DNA of 25,168 nucleotides. It comes from a virus (Duplodnaviria; Caudoviricetes). The stretch is from the IMG/VR virus record IMGVR_UViG_3300025635_000144, positions 1 to 25,168 of that record. The stretch is one strand, 5' to 3'. A model generated the notes under the pieces. The model worked only from the letters and a program-made list of their open reading frames with translations. It was not told where the DNA came from and searched no databases. Below, one piece after another: positions 8,665-16,998 of this stretch (the first letter of the stretch is position 1; every line of letters begins with the position of its first letter). The position numbers were made by a program, and so were the translations under genes.

Positions 8665-8708
8665 ATTTTAACACATTTGCTTGCTTTTGCAAGCAGGCAT
8701 GGCAAAAT
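8665..8708. promoter_or_regulatory. Overlapping divergent sigma70-like promoters with a 7-bp inverted repeat
   Basis: Minus: TTGCAA (8692-8687)-N16-TAAAAT (8670-8665) with TGn. Plus: TTGCTT (8681-8686)-N16-CAAAAT (8703-8708) with TGn. TGCTTGC-TTTT-GCAAGCA at 8678-8695. Confidence 0.5.
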
Positions 8709-8714
8709 GGAACG

Positions 8715-8790
8715 GCAGCTTACCCGACGGGGGACAGGCGACTCATCACCGCTTGCTGCATCTTTCGATGACTTTCCACTCTGATGAGGT
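8715..8790 (+). promoter_or_regulatory. Structured 5' leader of the HNH/AP2 gene (candidate RBS-sequestering pseudoknot)
   Basis: GCAGC/GCTGC stem encloses the hairpin CAGGCG/CGCTTG, whose loop CTCATCA (8742-8748) is complementary to TGATGAG (8782-8788) overlapping the GAGGT RBS. Confidence 0.45.
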
Positions 8791-8795
8791 GCGAC

Positions 8796-9278
8796 ATGAT
8801 CACACAAGACCGACTGCGCGAGCTTGCACATTACTGCCAAAAAACTGGTCAATTCACACACCTGCAGTACGACCGACGCAAAAAGGCTGGCATGCCTGCT
8901 GGGTCGCTGCGTCAAGATGGATACGTCTACGTCATGTTTGACGGCAGACGCGCCATGGCTCACCGCTTTGCATGGCTGTACATGACCGGCGAATGGCCGA
9001 CGCAAGAGATTGACCACATCGACGGCAACAAAGCCAACAACGCCTTTGCAAATCTTCGCCAGGTAAGCAGGCAAGCCAACACCGAGAACAAGCGGCAGTC
9101 CAAGCGCACAAGCACGACCGGGCTGCTTGGCGTCGTCAAGCATCGCAATAACAGGTTTGTAGCCGCGATCACGCACAGCGGCAAACGAACATACCTCGGA
9201 GTTTTTGAAACTGCCGAGGATGCTCATGCGGCCTACGTCAAAGCAAAGCGCGAGTTGCATGCTGGCTGCACCATTTAA
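8796..9278 (+). CDS. HNH homing endonuclease with C-terminal AP2-like DNA-binding domain
   Basis: AHRFAWLYMTGEWP..IDHIDGNKANNAFANLR (HNH) plus YLGVFETAEDAHAAY (AP2-like). ATG 8796 follows GAGGT. The only convincing plus-strand gene in the window. Confidence 0.92.
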   Translation: MITQDRLRELAHYCQKTGQFTHLQYDRRKKAGMPAGSLRQDGYVYVMFDGRRAMAHRFAWLYMTGEWPTQEIDHIDGNKANNAFANLRQVSRQANTENKRQSKRTSTTGLLGVVKHRNNRFVAAITHSGKRTYLGVFETAEDAHAAYVKAKRELHAGCTI

Positions 9279-9673
9279 TCTTCTTCATATTCGCGTTCCT
9301 CCCACGCCTGGCATGACCTCATGTCATGGCAAATGAAGTCGAATTTGTGGCAATAACCCCTGTAGCCAGCATTCACATCCCATTGATTCCATGGGATGCG
9401 ATCCATCTTTGCTTGCATCAGTGGTGTCGCCTCAAAATACTCGCAGTTCGAGCACCGACGACGACGCGCCTCTTTCTCGTCCACCTGCATGGCCTTGGCC
9501 AGCTTCATCCAGTACGGCTTGTTCGCGCCAGGTTCGTTGGACGGGTTTTCAGGGCCGAGCATCCAGTCGTCAATCACCACTTGGGTGTTCTTCTTGTTCT
9601 CGGCAGCCGTGATGAACGGCTCGGCTTCAGGCAGGCCGGTGAAGCCAGCCATCATGATCTTGGGCATGTCCAT
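9275..9673 (-). CDS. Cys-rich hypothetical protein (HiPIP-like Cys pattern)
   Basis: Start at ATG 9673 after AAGGAG; CSNCEYF-...-GYC-x12-CQAW. Confidence 0.7.
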   Translation of the reverse strand: MDMPKIMMAGFTGLPEAEPFITAAENKKNTQVVIDDWMLGPENPSNEPGANKPYWMKLAKAMQVDEKEARRRRCSNCEYFEATPLMQAKMDRIPWNQWDVNAGYRGYCHKFDFICHDMRSCQAWEEREYEED

Positions 9674-9683
9674 GTGGTTCTCC

Positions 9684-10019
9684 TTAAGTGATCTCGCGGC
9701 CGCTGGCACGAATTGTCAGCGATGTGGCAGCGCTGGCGATGGTTGAAATGAAGCCGCCTGGTTCAAGAACCTGTCCGACCAACTCCGGGAAAGTGTATGT
9801 CTCATCCGGTGCGATGGCGCGCGTGTCCACCACCAAGTTGTCAACTCCTGCAGATCCAGTGCTTGTGACAAGATTAACGCTGATGGTCACGTTGCCTGCG
9901 CTTGTGTTGGTGGCCGTGAACTTGTCAATGACAGTCCGACAATTTGTTGCAATGTACTGTGTGGTTTGTACGTTTTCTGCCTGCTTCGCAGGTATCAACA
10001 CGTTAACTGTGACTGTCAT
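9684..10019 (-). CDS. Small beta-rich putative virion protein
   Basis: 111-aa Thr/Val-rich ORF with AAAGGA RBS, inside the tail operon. Confidence 0.7.
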   Translation of the reverse strand: MTVTVNVLIPAKQAENVQTTQYIATNCRTVIDKFTATNTSAGNVTISVNLVTSTGSAGVDNLVVDTRAIAPDETYTFPELVGQVLEPGGFISTIASAATSLTIRASGREIT

Positions 10020-10041
10020 TTTCTTTCCTTTCTGTTGCTAC

Positions 10042-12051
10042 TTACACGATTCGGTAAGTGAATGAGAAGTTGTAAATTAAGGCAGTGTTGACACTTGGCC
10101 TTAATCGAATTTGAACGCAAGCATTGGTTGTGTCAGCTACAAATGCAAGATTGTTTGCTGCAAATGGCGATGAAAACGATGATCCGACACCACCCAACTC
10201 TCTTGAGTTAGCAAAACTACTACCAATCGGCAGTGACATGCGAACAAGTGTATCCGCTGCCGCCGTAACTGCGGTAATTGTAATCTGACCGCCTACTGTT
10301 ACAACACTTCCAACGCGCATGTAATGGCAAGAAACAAACGATACCGAGCTGACGTTTGTGTTTGTGCTTACCTGCGTTGGGGTATAAGTACCGCTGAATA
10401 TGTTTCCGTCTGTTGCGGCAGGTGATGTCACACCTGTTCGACTTGTTTGAATGCCGCCAACAACATCGGCCGAACATGCTGGCGTTGCAGTTCCAATTCC
10501 AAGCCTGTTATTTGTGTCGTCCCAGAAAAAGTTGGTATTGTCTTGGCTGTAAATACCAGATGCGCCAGCGAATATTACTGACCCGGTGGTAAGTGTCGTA
10601 GATGTCCCAGTCCCGCCGTTCCCGACGCCAAGTGTTCCAGAGACATGCGTTGTCAGTCCAACCTTCCCCCAAGAAGGAGCAATGCCAACTCCACCAGAGA
10701 TCAGCGCGTTACCAGTCGCAACATCAGCGAGCTTCGCAAGCGTTGTCGTTGTGTTGGCGTACAGAATGTCGCCGACAGCATACGTTCCAAACCCTGTTCC
10801 ACCTCGCGCAGCAGAAAGCTGGCCTGTCCATCCAAGCGTAAGCGAAGCCGAACCAAGAAGGGCCGTTGTTGGATTTCCTCCCAGTGTGAGCGTGACGTTT
10901 GTGTCATCGACTTTTGTCAACGCTGCAGGAGACACCCACTCAGGCGCTGTTGCACCGACATTGACTCTGAATACTTGCCCAGCAGTTCCGATTCCTCGAA
11001 ATGTTGTTGTTCCTGGTGCAGTCTGATATGGGACAGAACCTGCTGCACCACCAGCAAGATTTGCTGCCGTTCCAACGGATAGTGTTGATGCTGGCACATT
11101 CTCCCAGCGCTGCTGAACACTGTCGTATTGAAGTAGATCATTATTGGCCAGACCGCTGGTGTAGACATCCTGCAATCGAACCAGAGACTCGGCCACAGTC
11201 ATTCGAACGAAGATTGACCCTGACCCTCCAGAACCAGCATTCACGACAACGGCCACAGGCACATCAATGCGTGGTGCAATTGGTTGCACCTTTGTCCAAG
11301 TTCCAGGAGCAGATGTTCCGAAATACAGCAGATCGCCATCTGCCCAGACCTCGCCATAAGGCGTTCCAGTTGTATTGAATCCACGCACCAGTCCAAAGCT
11401 GGTCACGTAGCCAAAAGCGTTGTCATCAATGTCCTGGGTTGTCACGCCCATCATGTAGTCTGCAGGAACAGAACCATCTGCGACAGCTAATCCAAACGTG
11501 AGCTTTCCTGATGCTCCGACAGTTCCAGTGAACATCACTGGTGTACCGTTTGGAATCAATGAGCCGCTGGTGTTCTTTGAATAGAACATCGTCTCTTGGC
11601 CAACCTGCAGCACACTTCCACCGTACAGCCCGACGTCCATCGTCCCATCGTCGCGGTTCCACTGCACGCGCCTGGCCTGTGTCACGTGAGGACCGTTCTC
11701 AGGCAGATCGATGTAATCCGTCACCACAGAATTGTTGTTCTGGATGACAGGAGCCGTGGACAGCATTTCCAGTGCGTTTGCTATGCGGCCAAGCGTGTCC
11801 AAAGCCTGCACAGCTTTTTGATCAGCCGAGCTGCTGTTGATTGCTGCGTCTTGAGCTAATTGGATGATCTGAGAAAGCGCATCATTTGCTGTTGCCTGCG
11901 CCGTACCTGCCTCAATTCTGACCTCGTTGACAACATCAGGCGCAATTGCATCAGCAACTGCAAACAGTTGCTCGAACTGTTTTATCTGCTCGTGGTTCTT
12001 CAGGAACGTTGCAAGCTGGTCGCGGGTAAGGTTGAGTTTTCGCGTGGCCAT
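10042..12051 (-). CDS. Tail needle/fibre protein (gp26 position, greatly extended)
   Basis: 669 aa. N-terminal coiled coil, then Gly/Thr-rich fibre-like segments (LSAARGGTG, LGVGNGGTG, NNRLGIGTATP, SGTYTPT); directly downstream of the gp10-like gene. Confidence 0.7.
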   Translation of the reverse strand: MATRKLNLTRDQLATFLKNHEQIKQFEQLFAVADAIAPDVVNEVRIEAGTAQATANDALSQIIQLAQDAAINSSSADQKAVQALDTLGRIANALEMLSTAPVIQNNNSVVTDYIDLPENGPHVTQARRVQWNRDDGTMDVGLYGGSVLQVGQETMFYSKNTSGSLIPNGTPVMFTGTVGASGKLTFGLAVADGSVPADYMMGVTTQDIDDNAFGYVTSFGLVRGFNTTGTPYGEVWADGDLLYFGTSAPGTWTKVQPIAPRIDVPVAVVVNAGSGGSGSIFVRMTVAESLVRLQDVYTSGLANNDLLQYDSVQQRWENVPASTLSVGTAANLAGGAAGSVPYQTAPGTTTFRGIGTAGQVFRVNVGATAPEWVSPAALTKVDDTNVTLTLGGNPTTALLGSASLTLGWTGQLSAARGGTGFGTYAVGDILYANTTTTLAKLADVATGNALISGGVGIAPSWGKVGLTTHVSGTLGVGNGGTGTSTTLTTGSVIFAGASGIYSQDNTNFFWDDTNNRLGIGTATPACSADVVGGIQTSRTGVTSPAATDGNIFSGTYTPTQVSTNTNVSSVSFVSCHYMRVGSVVTVGGQITITAVTAAADTLVRMSLPIGSSFANSRELGGVGSSFSSPFAANNLAFVADTTNACVQIRLRPSVNTALIYNFSFTYRIV

Positions 12052-12053
12052 GG

Positions 12054-13457
12054 TCAGTACGCAAGCGCCTCTATTTGTGCCTCAAGCCTGGCGAATGACA
12101 GATGTGCCTGCGTGTCACCACGGAAGCGCTGGATGCGCCAGTTCAGCATGTGGCCCTGCTGGAACCAGGCCAGGCGCTTCTTGGTGCTTCCTGTAGTGCC
12201 AACACGAATGGGCCGGTCCTGACTCCATGCAAGGCCATCCACCGAGTAGCTGGTGCTGATGATCGGGTCAGTGCCAAGCGCCACTCGGCCTGTCAGTGCG
12301 ACCAACTCCAGTTCGTTGAAGATCGCGCCGTTGCCTTCTTTGTAGGCAATGAGCGTGCCGAACTCCCAGCGCACGATCTGTCCCCAATGGCTGCCAATGT
12401 CCTGCACCATGTATCCGATGGTGCTGGACTGCGGATCTCCAACCAACCACTTGTCGTAGGCCCACACCAAATTGCGCGCACGGTACTGGCTGAAACCAAC
12501 CTGACTGGTGGTCAGCGTGAACCAGACCTGCTCACCCAGCGCCTCGCTGGCCGCTGCGTCATAGACGACTGTGCGGTCCGGAAGGTGCACATACAGGTGC
12601 TGGTGGTTCTTGTCGTTGCGCGCCTCCAGCTTTACCGTGGCCAGTTGCGCCTCGGTGTAGTTCAGCAACAGAATATCGATTTCCTGCGTGCTGATCTTTT
12701 GCGCAGATGCGTTCGCGCCAAGATAGATGCCAGGCTGCTCGTTGCGACCGCTGCCAAGGAATGCCACCGTTTCCAAGTAGACGCAGCATCCGAAGGTGCC
12801 AATGACGCCCTTCTGAATCTGGGCACCGTCGATGCGCTGAAACGGGAAGAAGTCGCCTCCAACGTTGTCGAACACCTCGATGGTGTTGCGGTTCAGCGCA
12901 TAGATTTCGTTGCGCAGCTTGAGCAGTGCCACCACCGGGTCTGGGTCGACCTCGCTAGACCCGTACTTCAGCGGATTGACCTGTGTCGGGTCGGTCAGTT
13001 CTGTCACCACCAGGCTGGTGCCATCGGTGGTCATGAAGTAGCCGTCCACCCAGACCACATCGAGCACGGTGCCAATGTCCGGATCGGTCACTTGCGTGAG
13101 TGCGCCGTTCCAGTAGTACAGACGCCCACCGGACGCGATGGCAAGGCGGTCGAAACTGTAGTCGAACGTCACCAGCGTGTTGACCGGGCCGCCAACATCG
13201 CCAAGCACGGTCACAGCGCCGTCGCTGGCCACGGTCACGAGCTTGGTGCCCATGACGCGGTAGCAGGTGCCGTTCCAATTGATGCCGCCACGGTCGATGC
13301 CTGGGCCAGCGCCGTTGGCCACCAGGCCGTCACCTGGCCGCAAGAACCCATTGCTGATGCCAGACTTCTTCGGCACCGGCACAAGGTTGACCGGATAGGA
13401 CGTGAGAATGTCCGGACCGTTGTCCGTGTAGATGCCGTTGAGGATTGGAATCTGCAT
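12054..13457 (-). CDS. Tail hub / packaged DNA stabilization protein (P22 gp10-like)
   Basis: 467 aa. YPVNLVP, RGGINWNG.CYRVMGTKL, DVVWVDGYF and SSEVDPDPVV motifs; size and synteny fit gp10. Confidence 0.88.
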   Translation of the reverse strand: MQIPILNGIYTDNGPDILTSYPVNLVPVPKKSGISNGFLRPGDGLVANGAGPGIDRGGINWNGTCYRVMGTKLVTVASDGAVTVLGDVGGPVNTLVTFDYSFDRLAIASGGRLYYWNGALTQVTDPDIGTVLDVVWVDGYFMTTDGTSLVVTELTDPTQVNPLKYGSSEVDPDPVVALLKLRNEIYALNRNTIEVFDNVGGDFFPFQRIDGAQIQKGVIGTFGCCVYLETVAFLGSGRNEQPGIYLGANASAQKISTQEIDILLLNYTEAQLATVKLEARNDKNHQHLYVHLPDRTVVYDAAASEALGEQVWFTLTTSQVGFSQYRARNLVWAYDKWLVGDPQSSTIGYMVQDIGSHWGQIVRWEFGTLIAYKEGNGAIFNELELVALTGRVALGTDPIISTSYSVDGLAWSQDRPIRVGTTGSTKKRLAWFQQGHMLNWRIQRFRGDTQAHLSFARLEAQIEALAY

Positions 13458-13462
13458 TCAGG

Positions 13463-13750
13463 TCACCACTTCACGCGATTTGACCAATACGCTGCGCTCA
13501 TCTTGCCCTTGGCGATGTTCTCAGCGTGCCTGGCCTTGAATGATTCGCGCCGGGCTTTGTCCGCTTTGGATTCGCCTTCGCGCTTCGGAGACCCGGACAC
13601 ACCTTGCTGGCCAAACCGGATGGTTTTGACCTGGTCGCCATCTTTGGCCACCACAACGTGCGACTTTGTTGGATGCGAAGGCGTGCGCTTAGGCTTGTTG
13701 TAGCCTTCGACGCCTGCGCGCTCCAGACGCGGGTCTTTCTTGGCTGGCAT
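13463..13750 (-). CDS. Small basic hypothetical protein
   Basis: 95 aa, K/R-rich; KTIRFGQQG...RRESFKARH...SAAYWSNRVKW; TAATG coupling. Confidence 0.75.
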   Translation of the reverse strand: MPAKKDPRLERAGVEGYNKPKRTPSHPTKSHVVVAKDGDQVKTIRFGQQGVSGSPKREGESKADKARRESFKARHAENIAKGKMSAAYWSNRVKW

Positions 13751-14046
13751 TAGATGCCGCCTTCACCAGTCGCAATGTTCAGCGTGGTGCCTGCAGCAGA
13801 GATATAGGCCACAGTGTCTGCTCCATCGAGCTTGCGAATGATGACCTCGCTGGCACCACGCACAGGAATGTCTGCAGTGGTGGCCGTTTGCGCGCCAGTT
13901 CCGATTCGGACGTAGCAGACATTGCTGCCAGTGTTGACTAGCCGCACTGCCTTGTCAGTCGGGTTGACGTTGACGCTGGCAGATGCAGCGCCAGGTGCCA
14001 CAACTTGATTGGAGCCAAGACGCTGGCTGAATTGGTTGTTCATCAT
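13750..14046 (-). CDS. Small beta-sandwich putative virion protein
   Basis: Start reassigned to ATG 14046 after AAGGAG; beta-strand pattern (VRLVNTGSNVCYVRIG). Confidence 0.7.
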   Translation of the reverse strand: MMNNQFSQRLGSNQVVAPGAASASVNVNPTDKAVRLVNTGSNVCYVRIGTGAQTATTADIPVRGASEVIIRKLDGADTVAYISAAGTTLNIATGEGGI

Positions 14047-14063
14047 TTCAATTTCTCCTTCGA

Positions 14064-14519
14064 TTAAGCGATACGGTACCAAGAGTTCGTGGCCTGCACA
14101 AAGCGCATGCGGAAGAACTCGGTTGCCAGAAGCGTTGTCGGTGCGCCATAAACGTTTGCAGCGCCGTTCGGAGCAAGCGTGAACGCGGTGATTTCCTGCG
14201 TGGTCGTGATCAACACCTCGGTACCGTCAGGCGTTCCGGTATTCAGCGAAAGCGTGACGGTGCCTGCGGCCAGAGTTCCAGCAGGCTGGATCAGCATCCA
14301 CTGCTGTGCGGCCACAGGCGTCGGAACGGCCAGGTTGAAGCCGGTGCCAGGCGTGTAGACGTTGGTGGCAAGCGTCGGGCTGGCGAAGGTCTGCTGGAAG
14401 AACTGCAGCAGCGAACTGATTGGCAGACGACGCGCGTCGCCGTTGTTCGGGCTGTAGACGGGCACCTGGTCGCCAGGAGAGACCTGGGCAAGCAGTGGGA
14501 GTTGGTTGATGGTTGGCAT
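14064..14519 (-). CDS. Putative virion structural protein
   Basis: 151 aa with AAAGGA RBS, downstream of the gp4-like gene; Thr/Pro-rich beta pattern. Confidence 0.7.
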   Translation of the reverse strand: MPTINQLPLLAQVSPGDQVPVYSPNNGDARRLPISSLLQFFQQTFASPTLATNVYTPGTGFNLAVPTPVAAQQWMLIQPAGTLAAGTVTLSLNTGTPDGTEVLITTTQEITAFTLAPNGAANVYGAPTTLLATEFFRMRFVQATNSWYRIA

Positions 14520-14531
14520 GGGTCAATCCTT

Positions 14532-15014
14532 TCAGTTGAACTCGATGGGTCCATCCTGCCCGGCCAAGACCGGATCGACAGGAGGACGCAGGAATGGGTC
14601 GTCGTAGACGCGCCACGGCTTGTTTCCAGCGCCGGATGGCATGGTGCCAGGCAGTTGCTGCTCCAGCGGTGCAGCAGCGCGCGACAGGAGCGTGTTGTAG
14701 GTTTCCTTGGCCGTAGCCTTGGTGTCCGGCATGACCTGCTTGCCGTAGCCGGGCGCGATCTTGACCGCCAGGTTTGTAATGATGGCCTCATTGGCGCTGT
14801 CGGGCACCTCGGACTCGGCATCCAGGTCGCTGAACTGCGGACTGGACGGCAGCGGATAGCCCAGGCGAATGCCCAGCGCGTTCCAAGATGCCATCATGGC
14901 GTCGAGCCTGCGCAGGGCAGACTCGAACTGTTGCGGTTGCAGGTCGAAGGCGTAAGAGGCCAGGCCGATTTCCTCGAATGCGGCTGCGACGAACTGGCGC
15001 TTGCTGTAGCCCAT
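14532..15014 (-). CDS. Head-to-tail adaptor (P22 gp4-like)
   Basis: 160 aa. ALRRLDAMMASW...LGY, NLAVKIAPGYG and TMPSGAGNK motifs characteristic of gp4. Confidence 0.88.
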   Translation of the reverse strand: MGYSKRQFVAAAFEEIGLASYAFDLQPQQFESALRRLDAMMASWNALGIRLGYPLPSSPQFSDLDAESEVPDSANEAIITNLAVKIAPGYGKQVMPDTKATAKETYNTLLSRAAAPLEQQLPGTMPSGAGNKPWRVYDDPFLRPPVDPVLAGQDGPIEFN

Positions 15015-15015
15015 G

Positions 15016-15471
15016 TCACACCTCCTTGAGTGCTTCGTTGATCATGGCCAGCAGCTTTTCGTCGCTGGTGCGCTTGCTGAACTTGATGCCAAGTTCTGTG
15101 GCCTTTGCCACCATTTCAATACGGGTCGGTGCAGCGTCGTCGTCTGGCACGGCTGTCGGTTCTTCGACAGGTGCTGTATCGGCAACGATTTGATCGACCT
15201 TTGCAGCGGCAGCAGCACGCTTGAAGGATGCGCGACGCTCGGCAGGTGGCGCTGCCACTCGCACCTTGCGCACGCGCACCTTGCGGTTGGCCAGGTGGCG
15301 TGAAGCGCTTTCCCCTGCTGCATCGAGAGCCTGCTCCAGCGTCAGATGCCAGCCGGACGCAAGTCGTGCGTCCAGTTGCTGTTGCGTGGTCGCCAGCATG
15401 GTGTCGTAGCTGTAACGGGCACGCCGGATGGAGCCAGGCGCGCGATAGATGGAGCAGGGCAACGCGCTCAT
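15016..15471 (-). CDS. Hypothetical protein with C-terminal HeH/LEM-like helical domain
   Basis: Start reassigned to ATG 15471 (ATGA overlap). C-terminus TRIEMVAKATELGIKFSKRTSDEKLLAMI. Confidence 0.7.
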   Translation of the reverse strand: MSALPCSIYRAPGSIRRARYSYDTMLATTQQQLDARLASGWHLTLEQALDAAGESASRHLANRKVRVRKVRVAAPPAERRASFKRAAAAAKVDQIVADTAPVEEPTAVPDDDAAPTRIEMVAKATELGIKFSKRTSDEKLLAMINEALKEV

Positions 15472-15641
15472 TTCTTGGCCTTCTTCGCCGGTGCCTTGCT
15501 TGGCTTGCCTGCAGCCTTTGCAGCCTTGCGCGCGACATTCAGCGCGACGGCCACGGCTTGCTTCTGCGGCATGCCGGATTTCATTTCCTTGGCAATGTTC
15601 TTGCCGATGGACTTGCTCGAATAACCTTTGGTCAGGGGCAT
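15468..15641 (-). CDS. 57-aa very basic protein (absent from the ORF track)
   Basis: MPLTKGYSSKSIGKNIAKEMKSGMPQKQAVAVALNVARKAAKAAGKPSKAPAKKAKK; AAGGAG RBS; stop overlaps the next ATG. Confidence 0.85.
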   Translation of the reverse strand: MPLTKGYSSKSIGKNIAKEMKSGMPQKQAVAVALNVARKAAKAAGKPSKAPAKKAKK

Positions 15642-15657
15642 GGTGTTCTCCTTGTGG

Positions 15658-15681
15658 ATGGAGGGGCCGAAGCCCCCCCAT
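15658..15681 (-). other. Stable cUUCGg hairpin after the coat gene (no U-tract)
   Basis: ATGGGGGGGC-TTCG-GCCCCTCCAT: 10-bp stem with one G-U pair. Confidence 0.7.
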
Positions 15682-15694
15682 TGTCCTACTCAGC

Positions 15695-16978
15695 TTACTG
15701 GTTGAACAGCAGGATGCCGGACATCTCAGGCTGCTTGTTCACCACGCCGAACAGCGTGTCGAGACGATACTTGATCGTCATCGAGTCGATGTCGTAGAAC
15801 TTCTGCATCACCACTTCGATGCCCTGGTCGGTGGTGGCGCGCATCACTGCGGTGCCAGCATCGGTCGGGACAGCGTAGCGGCCGGGCAGCAGTTCCAGAG
15901 CGTCGCGCTGCCAGAAAACGTTGACGGCTGCGGTGTTGACGTTCAGCCAGGTGAACGGAGCAGCGGCAGCAGGCGTCACGATGCAGTTCTGGTACTGCAG
16001 TTCAGCGTCGGAACCACCCTGGGCCGAGATGATCGGCGGGGTGATGACCAGGTCGGTACCGTTGACCACCTGCACCACGCGGAAGGTCTTGGGCTGGCCA
16101 GTACCTTGCTTGGTGATGTGGTGCACGGCCTCGACGCCAGAGATGGTGAACGCATCGCCAGCCACAACACCGGCCGTGTTGTCCACGGTGATGGTCTGGA
16201 AGCGGTTGTCCACGTTCTGGGTCTCGCCAGACGGTGCGGTCGAGGTGGCAGCCGGGACGTAGTAGTTGTTGGCAGCGGCCTGGGTGTCAATCAGGGTCGC
16301 ACCACCAGCAGCACCAGTCAGACGGTTGGCGTAGTCGAACTTGAAGGTCTCGAAACCAGCCACCATGCCGACGAACGAACGCTCGAATGCGGTGTTGGAC
16401 TTGTTGCCACCAAACGAACGGGTAGCAGCAGCCGCAGCGCCAGCGATGTTGCCAGCCAGGCCGTTGTAGTCACGGCTGGACAGGGCCAGGAAGCGGTCGT
16501 AATCGGCCACGCCCTGCTCGTTCATGATCGAGTCGCACAGGGCAACGTCGTCATAAGTACCGGCAGCAGCACCGATGTCCACCACCAGCGATCCAAGGTT
16601 CGCAGCAGCGTTCATGATCGCCAGGTTGATGTCGCTGGCCAGCTTCTGCTTGGCAGCTTCACCCAGACGGCCTTCTTGCAGTGCATCGCGCAGGTCGAGC
16701 GTGGTCATGGTCCATGGCACCGTGCGGCTGAAGCCGATGGTGGCAGGAACAGACAACTGCGTCATGTCCTGGTAGCCACCGATAGCGACACCAGGAGTGG
16801 ACGAGATCGACTGAGCGATGTAAGGCATCGGACGCCAGATGACGTCGTTGGTACGAGCCATCATCGTCTGGTCGGTGTTGTAGATGCCCACGTTGCGCGA
16901 GAGCACCAGTGCATCGTGGAAGCCTTCGAGCAGGTCTTCAAACGCGACGCGTTCTTCTTTGGAAAATGCGTTAGACAT
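15695..16978 (-). CDS. Major capsid protein (P22 gp5 coat family)
   Basis: 427 aa. MSNAFSKEERVAFED, IWRPMPY, AAKQKLASDIN and RLDTLFGVVNKQPEM; follows the scaffold gene. Confidence 0.93.
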   Translation of the reverse strand: MSNAFSKEERVAFEDLLEGFHDALVLSRNVGIYNTDQTMMARTNDVIWRPMPYIAQSISSTPGVAIGGYQDMTQLSVPATIGFSRTVPWTMTTLDLRDALQEGRLGEAAKQKLASDINLAIMNAAANLGSLVVDIGAAAGTYDDVALCDSIMNEQGVADYDRFLALSSRDYNGLAGNIAGAAAAATRSFGGNKSNTAFERSFVGMVAGFETFKFDYANRLTGAAGGATLIDTQAAANNYYVPAATSTAPSGETQNVDNRFQTITVDNTAGVVAGDAFTISGVEAVHHITKQGTGQPKTFRVVQVVNGTDLVITPPIISAQGGSDAELQYQNCIVTPAAAAPFTWLNVNTAAVNVFWQRDALELLPGRYAVPTDAGTAVMRATTDQGIEVVMQKFYDIDSMTIKYRLDTLFGVVNKQPEMSGILLFNQ

Positions 16979-16998
16979 GATTTTGTCCTTTCAAGAAT

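Noticed and set aside
8781-8830. CUGAUGAG resembling a hammerhead ribozyme core
   Set aside because: No suitably placed GAAA or stem II/III on either side; better explained as the RBS region paired with the upstream loop
8610-9260. 216-aa minus-strand ORF in line with the operon
   Set aside because: Antisense to the clear HNH/AP2 gene; no motifs
15658-15681. Hairpin after the coat gene as an intrinsic terminator
   Set aside because: No U-tract on either strand
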